A stretch of DNA of 64,000 nucleotides, taken from the NCBI GenBank assembly GCA_030141605.1, contig JAQGDQ010000914.1, positions 16,889 to 80,888 on the forward strand, read 5' to 3'. Below are positions 11,305 to 25,800 of the stretch, piece after piece. The notes beneath the pieces are model-generated. The model was not told the DNA's origin. It saw only the letters and a list, made by a program, of their open reading frames with translations, and did no database searches. Within the stretch, counting starts at the first letter, position 1. Every line of letters starts with the position of its first letter. The DNA comes from Tubiluchus corallicola. Lineage: Eukaryota; Animalia; Priapulida. Made by a program: the position numbers and the translations under genes.

Positions 11305-11594
11305 TTATATATAGCATACTGTTTCGGGGATCCCCATGCAAGTTGTTGTCAAAATAGAGAACCGGGGAAAACCGGATTGCTATCCTTTGTGAAACTTGCG
11401 TGCGCAGATGTATTTACAGATGTTGGTACTTTGACACGCCTACAGACACCCGTAGCCTTGCATAGAAGAACAGTTGGTTTGTAAGCAGCGTTTTGATTGG
11501 ATACAAAAGATGATGCACCCTGACGTCACATGATTAGCGTAACGGATACTACACTCCCCCTGGCACGAATCATCTGCTGCAGACGGTTTTCCCC
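11305..11594 (-). promoter_or_regulatory. Putative promoter of the double-STING gene: TATA, three kappaB-like sites, CRE
   Basis: TATATAA (minus strand, 11305-11313); GGGGATCCCC 11326-11335; GGGGAAAACC 11364-11373; TGACGTCA 11521-11528; GGTTTTCCCC 11585-11594. Confidence 0.6.
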
Positions 11595-14500
11595 GTCATA
11601 ATTTCGTCGAAGTATTCGTGTTTGCACTCCTTTCCTATTTGCTAAAGTGCGTCGAATCTAATGACAAATTTAGCAAATGCACGTAGCAACCACGCCAAAT
11701 TAAAGTGTAAATTCGTCTTAGCTACGATTAGTTTGGAGAAATCGGCGTAGTCATCAAAATCATGAGTTGATGACTAGGCAGATTCATCGCTGTATAATAC
11801 ATATTACCACAATTCCTGAAAAAAATATTAGCTGTATTAGGAAATAATTAGTAATTTGTTAAACTTGTTGTTGTCTGAAAAAGTTGATTTGAATGATGAT
11901 GTAACTGTAAAAAAATTCTAATGTAGCCTGTTAATTAAGTGCATATTTTATTTTTCACGGCAAGCTTGCAAATGAACTTCAACTTTCAATGAAATACTTC
12001 AGCCATATACCATTTTTTAGATAAATATTTTAGCAATTAGCAGCCTTTACTAATTATAAGTGATGCAATCTTAACAAATATATTGTCAGTTTGTGAAATA
12101 AGAGTAATTTTCGTCGCAAGTGTAACAATAATAATGTATAATAATTCTAGACAAGCCCGGAATTAAGACATGAACAGTATAAGCGTGTTGCACTACAATC
12201 AATGACTGCCATATTCCAACAAAATATTGTAGTGTTTTATACGTCATTTCTATTAAAAAAATAAAAAGGCTATTTTACAAATTTGCATTAAATTCTGAAG
12301 TTCTTAACTTTATTAAACACAAACATTAAATAAACCTAATTTGGTAATTTTACTAATTTATACGACGTTATATCGTTTATAAGATTGTAATTCATTAAAC
12401 TAAAATGTTCAAAGCGATCAGTTCATAATAATTCCAAATAATACAAAATGATGTATTTACTTACATCGTATGTCTCCATAAAGCAAATCTAGTATTTACC
12501 AATATATCTGCCAAATTATGTCACTATCATACTGTGAAAAACTATTTTTAAAGAAGCCTGTTAACGTCTACCAACTAACTCACTTGCCCAGGTAGAAACA
12601 GATTTGCACAGGTGAGTGACCGTGGTCACGTGACCAACGAGATACTTGGCGAAGTTCCCTAGGGCACCAAGGTCCCAGGGACGCCAAACTGGCAAAAAAT
12701 TGAAAACAGATATCATGTTAATAAAGTATTTTAAACAGCATAAAAAGCCTTACGATTCAAAATGTGAGGTAGAGGAACACAAGCGAATGTAAAATTTTTT
12801 GCTGTTGGCAGGGATCATACTTTTTCTGTAGCTGATTAACTTAATTAAAATTTGATTTTAAAGTCAATAAAGAATTCAAATGCCATTAATCCTATATAGA
12901 GCAATGGGATTTGCTTTATAACTACAATTTATGATTTATAATTACAACACTTTAATTAATCCGGCTTTGATTACAGTTGATTATGAGGATCATCAAGGAT
13001 CTTATTCTTTCTTGCTAAATTTTATGAAAACTATATTTAGCCAAGGTCTTCTCTACTTTTTCTGCTCACCAAGAAGAACCGATATTGCTGTGATCTTTTC
13101 TATTCCCCTTTGCAATGATTTCCTAACCTGGGCATAAAATCGTGCAATTTTTGCTAATATTTGCTTAAGCAAACAAAGGCTCATACTTTGAATATCTGAA
13201 TAATGATGTTTACTGGAAATCGTGAAATATATTATCTCCTCTGTGACGTAACACACCTCGTGACAACAGCTCACACAGCGTGACAACAACTACCTTTAGT
13301 AAACAACATAACAGCTAATGTTTAATCAGCAGGTAAACTGATTGTGCTTTTTCATAAAGACAAATTTGCAGGGCGGCAGTTATATTTGCACGGAGTTAAA
13401 ACTTCAAGTACCCGAAAAATGACTTTTCAATTTAAACAGAATGTAGAGACGAAGTTTCAAAGCACTGCAAAATACAAAGACATAAGTATAATAAAGAAAC
13501 TAAGCCAGTTAACATTGCTTTAAGATAAATGAGCATTAAAAATCTCTCTAGCCTTTGAACATCAAGCCTGCGATGTATTTCTTCTATAATTAACTGATCA
13601 TGTGCTCATCTGTAAGATTTATCCAGTTTTTGTATTTTTTTCGTTTGTTAGGTTACGGAAATGGAATAAATTTGATTGTTCCATTCAATAGACGACCCTT
13701 ATATCGACTGCTCGAGTTACATAAGTCCCAATGGCATCTTTTAACCTTGATTATAACCACATAAATAGAGTAAAATTAGCTAATATTACATTGATGTATA
13801 ATATAAATTTTGGCCACATTTGAGTAAATGTGGACCATGAAGATCTTATCGAGGTTTATAAAAGCTGACCAGAAAAGAAAATATTTTGCCTGAAAACATT
13901 TTGTCTGCATATGGGGTTTCTACGAGTGTCCTCGGTTACTCATAATCATGACAGTTGTCACGGATTCTCGTGAATGAGTTCAACCAATACCGAATAGCTT
14001 ATTCTCTACAACTTACACAAACCTACTTAGAGTAATGTTATAACTAGTCGTTTAAAAATTCACATATTCTCATATATGAGCTTAATTCAATACACCTTTC
14101 CATTCTGTAGCACTAATGTTTTCTTTATCATACGATTCACTTCATATTTTCAGATTATTTTCATTAATTTTTTTTACTTTTTTACTTTTTTTTCTTCACA
14201 GTGTGGGACAATCTAACAAGCCCTGCTTTTTGATTGCCCGCAACACATTTACATTTGTATATGTAGCAAACCTAAACTATGGTATATCTAAACTAGTTAT
14301 GTGCTCAAAGTAAACTGTATACGAATTTACTAAGCAACATACAACAGCGATAATTCTCTTGTTTATCTTTCAACCCCACAGTGTTTTGAGAGTCAAGTTA
14401 GTATATTTGCAATGATGCTGTACATAACGTTGTTTAGACACCAGTATTAAAGGAAGTAGCGATATCACTATCTTTGTTTACCATAGGTTGACCTACGTCT

Positions 14501-15089
14501 AAAGACAATTTAAATCATTTTTTCCAAAATTTGCTTCCAATTATGTATCTTACTATTTGTTATTCATTGAATTATTGATAACTTTTTGTTTCTTTTAATG
14601 TATTAATTGTGTATTTGTGTTGATGTGAAATAAATAAACAATAAGCAATAAATAAAAAATTAGTATTACATACCAACTAGTATTATAAAAGATAGTATAG
14701 TAATATAGTTATGGGAATATATAATTATATAGAATTATATAATAGGAATATAGTAATATAATACTATATTCAGTGAGTGATAGCTTGATGTGTTTTAGAA
14801 GAAAGGTAGAATGATATGTTTAGTTGTTTACAGGCTAACATATACTAGCCAATAATTCGAAAACAGCCAGAAAAATTCATGAGCCAAAACATTAATTTTT
14901 ACACTAACTGCCGTTTGTCTTGTGAAAAGCGTGATACGTGTATATTATGGGTTCAGTAGTGATGCACTCACTTTACACTCGCTCTGCGTGTAATTAAAAC
15001 TGGAAACTACAACTATATTACAACTATAACTCAAAAGCTATTTTGATAAGGTAATTATTATTTCCTATTTTATGAACTCAATAAGATTT

Positions 15090-15143
15090 AATAATAATAA
15101 TAATAATAATAACAATAATAATAATAACAACAACAACAACAAC

Positions 15144-15196
<53 letters not shown>

Positions 15197-15201
15197 TAAT
15201 A
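15090..15201. repeat. (AAT)n/(AAC)n microsatellite
   Basis: Visible simple repeat. Confidence 0.95.
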
Positions 15202-16815
15202 AAAATATCGTTGATGAAAAACAATAAAATTTGCCCAAAATCTGGCTTTTTCATCCAGAAAATGCCTGTAAAAGAGTAAGTAAAGAGTGAGTAATAACCA
15301 ATCAGGAGCTGAGACAAATTTGATATCATCATTACCACTGATAACATCAGCATGCACAACTTGACTTCAATGTTTAATCTATTGTAGTACAGTAGTATTG
15401 TATTCCTTCACCACTATTATATCACACTGCCTAACGAAGCTAGAGTGCTAAATGAGCTGCTTTGTTAACTAACAACTTATTGTCCAGCTAGCGAGTTACA
15501 CAAGACAGCACAAGGCAATACCTATGTACTGCATGCTGGCGTGAATTAAACATAAGGTCGTGCAAGTTTTCATGATGGCAACTCGGCCAACAAGCACAGT
15601 ATTTAATAAAATAAAGAAATTTTTACAGAATTTCTAAAAATACGGAGTAGTGCAACTGCGGTACATGAGTTAGTGAGTTACATGCCTTTACAACCCGTAT
15701 TCAACAACTCCGCCATTTTAATTTGACGTCATCAACCTTTGCTGCAGATAGCTAGTCCACTACATTTTCAGCCTGTTGTAACATTTGTGTTTGTAGCAAT
15801 AAATGCATTTAAAAATGAAGCCCATCTTTTTGATACACTTGTTTATTTTAAAAACTTCCTTTAGGCTTTGATGTTTTTTGTCTACTGTCTAGCTGTCTAC
15901 TTAGATGTGCTGTCTACACAGGCTAGAGGTCTATAACTAAGAGACTAGTAGGCTATATTTTAGCTACGTATGTAATCACCATTGTTTACCAAACTTTATT
16001 TGCAGCTTTACGGTGCAGTGCAAAATTATTAATAATGACATTAGAAATAAATTAAAATAAGTTTATGCAGGCATTGTCATATCTTTTTATCCATCCTTAC
16101 ATACATATCCGAGGGCTGTGAATTAATAAACACCAATGCAGTTTTTGATTTTTTAATTATCACACTGCTTCATTAACTTTTTTACAAATATTTCAATGTG
16201 AATAATTGCTCATAGTTCAGTATTATTTTCCTTGCATCCATTATAACAAATTACTGTCAGGCAAATTAGGTTTACCTGATAAGCGTTAATAGTTTCTGTA
16301 AGAGGTTTGCACTATTTTTTGAAATATTTTTCACTAAATGGAATTCGTTGCATAAGGGAAGAGATAAATTATTTCAGCGGTCTTTGATCAGACCTACAGA
16401 GTTCGTGTGATTTCATACTGGTAAAAAACTGAAACTGAACTAATTTGCGAGATAACCCTCGGCGAGAGAGATAACCCATGTTTACAATTTTGAACTGGCA
16501 TTGCCGCGTCAGCAAAACTCGTAATTATCAAATTAAAATTTACGATTACTAAATCAAGTTTATTGCAAGAGGATACTATCACGTTGGTACGCCTAAAATG
16601 TCCAGAAGTGAGGATTTCAGAAGATTATAGGGCCAGTAAAACTGTTACTATCGCTGAAGCTCGGTGCACTCCGTTATTATTGCCTCTGGCATTGGTAAGA
16701 TAGTAAGGTACTTACCAACTGGGATCCAAATAATAATGAATCACGACGAATATTTCTACACGAAAATTATGATGATGTCAATTTCTTTCACCTTATTTCA
16801 TTTCTGTAGAATATT

Positions 16816-19800
16816 ATGGAAGCATCAGGTAGAGGACGGGGCCTATGGAAAGGAACCAACAAACCTCCCATGACGTCTCCCGTTAGACCTGCAGCTACGT
16901 ACTTTGGCGGTCGAGGAAGGCAGAAACCAGACACGAGAAGCGGTGCATGGACAAAACATCAAGCACCAGGTGTGATATTCATAAACTAGTACTTTTTAGT
17001 AGTAGTAGTGCTAAACTGTAATCACTACCGTCTGCGCCAGTTTGCAAGTTTTAACAAAGTAGACAGCTAACATCATTTCACACATTGAAGTACAGGGACA
17101 GAAGTACAAGGGGTGTGGCAGAGTGGGTAAACAGATTTCACTTCTGCACTTTACTCACTGTTTTGTAAAGTATGCTATTCTAAGTAAAATTGTACCTCAA
17201 TCATCAAAATTGTACAAATATTATAAATCTTACAATTTATATGTATAAAATGCTTTGTTGTATTTCATGTGTGTTGTTTGCTTATTAGAAAAGCAAGAAT
17301 TTTTCACCTGTTAATTAACGAGTTAACCATATTTAATTTTCGACCACATTGCTTGCTTTTTTGTTGTTGCATTCATGACTTAACTGCATCTTGTTTAGTT
17401 GTTGTTTTAATATTTAACTGCATTATTTGCGTGCTTTTTTCCATTGGTATAATTATAATATAACTGCATTGCATTTTGTTTATTTGCTACACTTAAGACC
17501 TAACTACGTATTATCCACGTAACCATGTGGTCTGCCGTGCTTTATAATATTTCTAAGTTATATAGGGGTGGCTGACTCGATGACCTCCTGCTCAGTCGCC
17601 GCCCCATCTATACACACTTTACATAATTTGTTGTATTGCACTATAAATATTATATTAGAGATAAATAAACCCTTTGAATTGAATTGAACTGAATTTTGTA
17701 TTATGATTTATTCCAGTATAATACCTTATTTGTCTGAATCCCACACAAATTAGTGTAACTACATAGTTACCTGACCTCTTCTTGTTAAACTTCTAAAAAT
17801 AGTAAGAAAATTAAATTGCAGTTATTTGTCAGTCATTTAGAAACATGTGAATTTATCCATGCAAAACTTGGAAAAAATGAAAAGTCAAGAATGCTAGGAA
17901 GTTATTTAAAGGACAAGAAAAGGGGTACCTGAAGTAGGTTTCAGACAAATCGCCTTAAAAAATTATATTACTCTAAAGCAATTTTATGCATATATCTTAC
18001 TCGCACTGAAAGGAATTTTAGTTTGTTTTCATTTTAAATTTCCCGCAATACTATTACATGACGTCATGCACCAAACGTAAATGAAGGGAAGAGAAAGCCA
18101 TGTTAAATTACGTCTCAAAAGACTTTCCCTGCAAATCTATATTACTTAGATTTTCGCTTACCTACTAGAAAGGCTCATGTAACTAGAAAAGAAAATTATT
18201 AATTATTTAAAATGTTTTCACCAATTGGTAAAATGTTGCCGACTCACACTCCAGGGTGCACCACTCACTAACCAAAAAACGTATTTTTAATCTTATTGAC
18301 AAGATACAGTAATTTTAAATTTTATTTAGTAAGTGACTTGTGCGCTACAAATGCTCAGATTATTTTTTCAAACTTTACAAGATGTTTTCTAAACTTGTTT
18401 CAAATGACCTGTCGTGAAAATGGCTGCGCCTAACGGTCATCGCGGGAGTTTAAATTTACATGTTTTATACAGCTTGACTGCCGATTGAAGTCCTGCATGC
18501 AAAAAGCATGATGTAAGTGATATAAAATTTCAAAACGAATTTTTCCAGCTTTACGTTTATGAAGGGTTTTCTTGTGCTTTAACTGTACATAAAGCAACTA
18601 TGCGAGTTGACTTATGTTTCTGTCTTCCGGTTGTTTTCTTAAATTACTATTTTGCTTTGTTCCCTTGCAGGAGAGCTCCGGTCTAATTCTCGTTTTGAGG
18701 ATGCCGCAGCAAAGATAAATGCATCTGTACAGAAGTTCTTGTCAGCAGCGGATGAAGAAAGCAACTCATCGGAAGAGGATTTGGAGGATGAAGAAATCGT
18801 GCGGAACATACTCTTCAGTTATGCCGGTATATATTTACCAAAATAGTTTCAGGGATGAGAATTTTCCGCGGATACGCGGAATTCCGAGCTTTTGGAAGAC
18901 CAGTAGTGCCATTTTTGTAAATCGCGTAAATTCGTTGAGAAAATTTTTACGGACCCAGTACATTATTTCACAAACTGACCGCTAGTTGGCAGGCCGTCAC
19001 TTTGTTTACATCACGTACATCAGTGTAACCACGTGTGTATCTCTATGTATAAAAATATAGAATCAATTGTGCAGAGTTATTTGAGTCAATTGCAAACAGT
19101 TTTTATATACTTTTGCATATTAGAGGCCAGTACTTAGGCGTTTTTGAGACAATTAGGTATCATATGTCCTTGATAGTTGGGTATTTGAAATTATGCATGA
19201 AACAAGGTAACTGATACTTTAAGTCCTCTTAGGGGCTCTGTATGGTCAAAAAATTGCAATTTGTTGCTGCCTACGCGGCCCCCAAACCCCCGACATGTTT
19301 CAGAGTTTTTTGCAATTTGTCAATCTCATCCCTGTAGTTTACTGCGAAACATTTTTTGAAACAAAATCTGACTTATGTCAGTCTCATCTGTCCGCTGACC
19401 GCTAGACCAGTGCTATTCAGCCTTTTTCAGACCGGTCCACCCTAAGAACCCTGAACTGGTCACGTGGCATAAAATTGAAACAAAAATGTCTTGCTTTACC
19501 TTATTATTATTTATTTATTAAATAACATAATATTTATTAAACTATAATAATTATTAATAAGTCTTAAAATAAATCAAAACTAGGGATTCACATTAATTTA
19601 ATTAGTTTAAGCATTCAAATAACTTGATTGTTGGTAAAAAAAACCATAAGGCAGAATTATGTGGAGTCCAGAAAGAGTATTACTGTAATTAACTTTATAA
19701 AATTATAAAATGGCCGTGTCGCAGAATTATAGTACAGTGTTAGAGACAAAATTCATTTATGTACCATCACCATTGTCGTTGCTGTTGCCGTTGTCATTTG

Positions 19801-22800
19801 AATAAAAATATTACAGTTTGACGGGGTCTTATCCTAGCATCCTAGTACCTCCATAGTTAAGCTCTTCTGCTTAAAAGCCAGATACACATGCGCATCCACA
19901 ACTCTTAATTATTAGTATTAATAAATTATCATATGTGAACAGTAGAAAATGATTTGCCAAATTGTAAGATAAGTGTTCTTTTCCAAAAACAACTTTCACG
20001 GCTGCTATGCAGTCATTTTTAATGCAAAAGCAACGTATTTCTTAACAAATCTTGTCTCATCTACAACAAACCATCAACGGTTGCCAAAGTGTTGTGTTTC
20101 TCTCAGAAGGCTCGTAGAGAAAACCAGAAAACACGCTGTTAAATATTATTACTTTATTGAGCGAGAATTCTTACAACACAAGTATGAAGGAACGAGAAAT
20201 GATTATACTAAACGTCAAAATCGGGAAAACGTGAAAGTAAGTATAAATGCGTAAGTATAAGTCTACGATGTTCTATGCAATTCTGCTTGACGTCAGCGAT
20301 CTCCACAACACAAAGTAACGAAACGCCAAATGATAATTTTTTTACTTGCAACTTGCTTATTTTATGTTAGGGATGTTGTACCAGTCTATTCTTTCTCAAT
20401 ATTTGTTATTCTTCAACCAGTATGCAAGAAATAGTAGCTATATGAGTTACTATTGGAATTCTGCATTCCTGGTCCACCCCAATCCCCTGATCCACTCTTA
20501 GGTGGTCCGTCCACCCCTTTTGAATAGCACTGCACTAGACCACGTTTCATCCCAACTCATTCAATGATTTGACTGGTCAGCTATAAGGAACAAACACATA
20601 ACATGAACAAATAAACACATTTGTTTTTAAGCAAGAGATTTCCTTTAATATTTTAGGTTCATCTTTGTTGTTTATTATACAACTTGCTTCTGCTATTGCA
20701 ACTCGTATTGTTTACGCATGTGGAAGTCATGTTTAAGGTTGTAGTTGAACACTTTGTAGAAAAAGAATAAAACACTATACTACGTATCTGCACAAAACTG
20801 AAAGCGTTTATTAGACTACATACACATGTAGAATGACTGCTACACTGAGAACAAGAGTGTCCTGCACTGATCACTGAGAGTTAGACAGTAAGTAAAATGA
20901 GGATCACGACTGCTGCACTGCACTGAGAGTGAGAGTTAGACAGGTGTGTAGCACGACTAACATGACTTCTGCACTGCATTGAGAGTGAGACAGAGAGTGA
21001 CTAGAAGTAGAATCCAGTCAGTATATATAGGTATAGGTAATTATGCAAACTTGGCTTCACAAAAACCATTACAGTAAAATAGGGAGAGATCCAGTGAGTA
21101 TGCATATTCACTGGACCGTACAATTATACTAGGGGTGAGTTTAACTAGTAAAATGTAAAGGGATTAGTTAATAGATGGCAGCATCTAAAAATATACAGTT
21201 ACAATTTCCACAACGCATGTTAATTTCAAATCGCTTATTTGCAGAGAGCGTCGGTAGTGGAGATCGTAGCATCTCAGCTGACAACGAGAGTTTGACTCGT
21301 ACGAAGCAGCTACTAGCGGATGCTTTCAAGTCCGGTTCGTCTATTTGCCTCATCTGCATAGAATCCATTAAGCGGATGGAAGCGGTCTGGTCGTGCGAGT
21401 CGTGTTCGTGCATGCTGCACCTTCCCTGCATTCAGAAATGGGTGAAGGAGGGCGTACATCAGGCAACATCTCTGCTGTCGGAAGAGAATTTCCCTCAGCG
21501 TGACATCAATTGGCATTGGTAATTCAATTCTTCACAAAGTATGCTGTATTATTGAGTTGTACTTGCTCCCTTGTAGTTGTCTACCAATACAAATCATAGT
21601 CGTTCCCGGGTTCTTAAGTGTTGTTAATGACGTAGCTAAGTTAATCAGAAGACGTCACTAGAGTATCATGCTAATTTCTCTACTATAAAGAAACTTAGTG
21701 GATTATCTATGGTCTCATGTACCTTGGATTATCTATGGTCTCATGTACCTTGGATTATCTATGGTCTCATGTACCTACCTAAAATCTCAAGGGTTAAGTG
21801 ATTCAATTACTTACGTTACTTAGTTTTTCCAGGGGTGTACCTAGTATGCTTTATACTAACGTAAGAAATTGTAGGATATTTGCTGTTACTTAGATCATTC
21901 TCTCTGCTCACGTTCCGATCATTTATTGTCTGTCTTCTACTAGATGTGATCCATTTAAAGAAACTTAAATTGAATTTGTTGTTGGGGAGTGGTGGGGGGT
22001 TGTATGAGTGTTTGTCTCATTTTACCAATTAACCTTTTCCTGTTCAGTGAGCTTTTGATTTTCTCTGAACTTTAACAACTAATTGATAAATTCCTTTAAG
22101 CAACCTTTGCCAACTAGGGTGCCATTTGGTTCATTTTCAAGCACGTTTGTCAAAATCGTGATTATGACTGCTGAGGTTAGCAGTTCGCTGCAGTATTGCA
22201 GTACCTAATTTTCTTACATTTCTTTGACTTTTTTTGAAACATTGTGTTGTTTTTAGTGGAACACTTGGGTTACATTTTTATTTTAGTCCTAAATGTCGAA
22301 AGGAGTACAAGCAGTCCGAATGTCCCTCGCGCTACTATTGCTTTTGCGGAAAGGTGCAGGATCCCAAGTTTGATCCTTGGCTAGTGCCGCACTCGTGTGG
22401 ACAAAAATGTAACAAACCACTCAGTTCAAAATGCGGACACAGTTGTCTACTGCTATGCCACCCAGGTAATTATTTTTATAACTTGGTTAGTAATTTCTTT
22501 CCATCTTTTTTTACTTAAAGAAAAACCTGATGATTGTGTAAACACGAGTTCAGTATAAAGAATGCTCTAAAATATTGAAAACTACAATAGCTTAATTTTA
22601 AATCAAAGCTTAGATTAATTAATAATCACCTCCGATACTCAAATTTCATTAAACTTTCAAAGCTACGCGTGGCTCGGTGAATCTACTAAGATTGGCAGCG
22701 GTGCATTTTTGTCACATTTTGATAACCATGATCAAGAAATGCAGTGTTAGTTTCTGACGTCATGTGATGTAAAGCCCATTTTTCCTGACATCATGCATTT

Positions 22801-25800
22801 AAGCAGTACTGTAACACTTGTGCAAATTTGCTTGATGCACAAGGGAAAACGCCTGCCATTGCACAAACTGTGGTTAGTTTCTGACGTAAGCAATAGCTGT
22901 GTTCGTTTGGTCTTTAATTAAGTTTCTAAGCTAATTATTCAAATATAAGAATCAACTGTTAACTTTTGTAGGCAAGAAAATCTATATTTTGGACAGTAAA
23001 TTAAAATGAGATTGAGTCTAAACCGTCGTCTGGCCTTCCTTTAATGCACCACAAACAGTTTGTCCAAATTTAATTTTAAATTTGTTTTTATTGATCTTTT
23101 GTACCTTTTATTATTATTATTATTTTTTTTTATTTAAGATTGTAATACCTGAATATCATCGTTTCTTGATATTTTTGTAGATAATTAGGAATTATCTGCA
23201 TGTTCACTTCATTTTACACTGAATTTGTTTTCAGTCGTCATGTTTTCTTTGTCACGGACAATAATAGTGGCGTTAAATAGAATTACGTTTGTTTTATCAT
23301 TTTTAAAATTGCATGAATTTGTGTTTTTTTCATTATTTAAAGACTTGTAGTTTCATAGTGAAAAAACGTATTTGTTATCATTGTATATCATTTACTGAAT
23401 GTGACTCATATGAAGTGAGATTTAGCAACTCATGTAAATGAAACAACGATGGTTGAAATGAAGGTGACTGATGCATGTAGATTGAGCCCTTCTCACCTGG
23501 GCAACTCAACACTCAGTGCTGATGGAACTTCAGCTACTGTCTGTTCCAACAGTTGCTCGAGTGAGAAGCTCGGTGTCGTGAAGTTTGGGCTTCACGATTC
23601 ACCCGCCATAAAGAAGCCAATGTGAATTAATTTACGTATAGCTGTAGGAACTGGCTCGAGGAGTTAACTTAGTTAAAAGAAGTTAGCTAGTTGTTGAGTT
23701 GATATGGAACAGAAAACATGTATATTGCGCTTTCGAAAAAGGATTAAATTTAGCGTTATGGCAGAAGGAAAGTTCTCGTTTTTGTTTTACTATCGTCGCA
23801 AAAGTCACCACGACACTCGGTAGCAACTTTGGAGTGTGTAAGCTGCTCATAAAAAATGCTGCCAAGTCTGTGTTTCATTCGGCACTAACATTGCTTGCTT
23901 TGAAAACTAGTCAACACTTTCGTACATACGTAAGCAACTCACTTGTTCATTTTCCTGCTGATAAATCCATGTAAAAGACAGAGACAGGCATCGTTTGGTG
24001 CAAGTCCTCTATCAAATCAGGCTACATAGGTGATTGTGTTACGTTGAACATAATTCAGTGATATTGAACACAAATCACATAATGTTATTGTTTTCACACA
24101 GAAATGATATTCATTGTATAGGACTTTTTTAATTAGTCTAGCTAATTAGCTAATGTACGTCTTATTATAAAATCAAACAAGAGCAGAAGCAATTAAACCA
24201 TTAATTTGCCTCACAATATTTTTGTTCGATTTTCATATTAAGACTATGATTGTTTAAAAATTTGTTACTGAATCAAAGTTTTGGTGATTATACTGTTAGA
24301 GCAATGAATTGTGGCTTGTATATCAACACTTAAACAGATCTTGAGCAGTAAAACTTGTGGTTTTTATGCAAGCCAGCCATAGTGAATTCGACACAAGTGC
24401 TTTATTCACATTTGAAATCGTTTTCGAAGCATTTATTAGAAATTTGTTTCTTTTTTTAAGCTGCGTCGACTGACATGCGTAATAATTTGAATATTTTTGT
24501 TTAGGTCCGTGTCCACCTTGTCCGCAAGTGGTCAAGAAACCTTGTTTCTGTGGACGCGGTCCAGTTCAACCTAAGCGTTGCAGCCAAGCTGAGTGGTCAT
24601 GTGGCAAGCCTTGCAAGCAGTTGTTGACATGTAAACATCACAAATGCAGCTCTCCATGCCATAAAGGTAAGTTCACTTCTTTTCATGTACAATTTTGTAA
24701 TTACTGTTATATTGATATGCCAAAACTCTTACGTGTATGCAATACTTACGTGTATGCAATATGTTAATAATTGCTAGAAACACATTCGCTTATTTCTACA
24801 TGAGCAAAAACTGCTTTTAAAAATTTCGCACTCTGTTGTCTTAATATACCATATGTGCTATAATAATGTTTACTGTTTTCCAAATTTGTGTTCTTTCTTT
24901 ATATATACTGTTTTTCTCTTGCAGCTGTTGTCGTGTTATGCTTTGTTACATTTGGTTGTTTTAGGCGACTGTCCAGCATGTCCGATGACCAGCGTCCAGC
25001 CTTGCAAATGTGGCCGGCAGTCAGTCAGACGACCGTGTGCCAGTCCACAATGGCAGTGTGATAAGGTTGGCATAACAGTAAAAAGAAGCTTTTAGCAAGT
25101 TTGTGCAAGTTTTTTTTGCCATGGAATTTGACGAAAATGTTTTGTGGGAGCCGTTGTTATTTTTTGGCAGTGATAGAGGTTGGCAGATGTTTAAAGTTTT
25201 TAGATTGAGTCCTGAAATAGCTCTCGCTTGTAAACCTGGGGCATCGGTGTTGTTAAATGAAAGGTAGTATTGTTTCAAATATTTTCGTAATCTTCAATGA
25301 CGTGCCTTGGTTTGGTCGAGACCTAGATGTTGTGTTCTATTGCAGGTGTGCGAAAAACCGTTGTCGTGTGGTCATCACGTCTGTGAGAAAGTTTGCCATG
25401 ACGGAGACTGTGGACATTGTCCAAGGATGGGAGAAAGGACTTGTCCTTGCGGAAAGTCGAGTGAGTTTATATCATATGTTAAAGTTACTATTTTTTGTAC
25501 AAATAGCTTGAACTTTAACTATTACTTGTAAATTAGTAGTTATTTCCTGAGTTGTTCACAGAATAAATTTTTTATATACTAACTGGATAAAGTTTACAAT
25601 TCCCCACACAAAAATATTTAGTTCGGGATTAGGTTAGGGTTAGGGTAAAGAGTAGCTGTAGGGTTAGGATTAGGATTAGGGTTAGGGTTAATGCTATGGA
25701 TAAGATTAGGATTAGGGTTAAGGTTAGGATTAGGATTAGGGTTAGGGTTAAGAGTAGGAGTAGGGTTAGGATTAGGATTAGGGTTAACAGTAGGATTAGG

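Noticed and set aside
11207-16600. Upstream TM or TIR exons for the STING-like gene
   Set aside because: No convincing ORF or exon seen; an in-frame stop, a TATA box and only a weak AG lie directly upstream of the ATG. Not fully excluded without RNA data.
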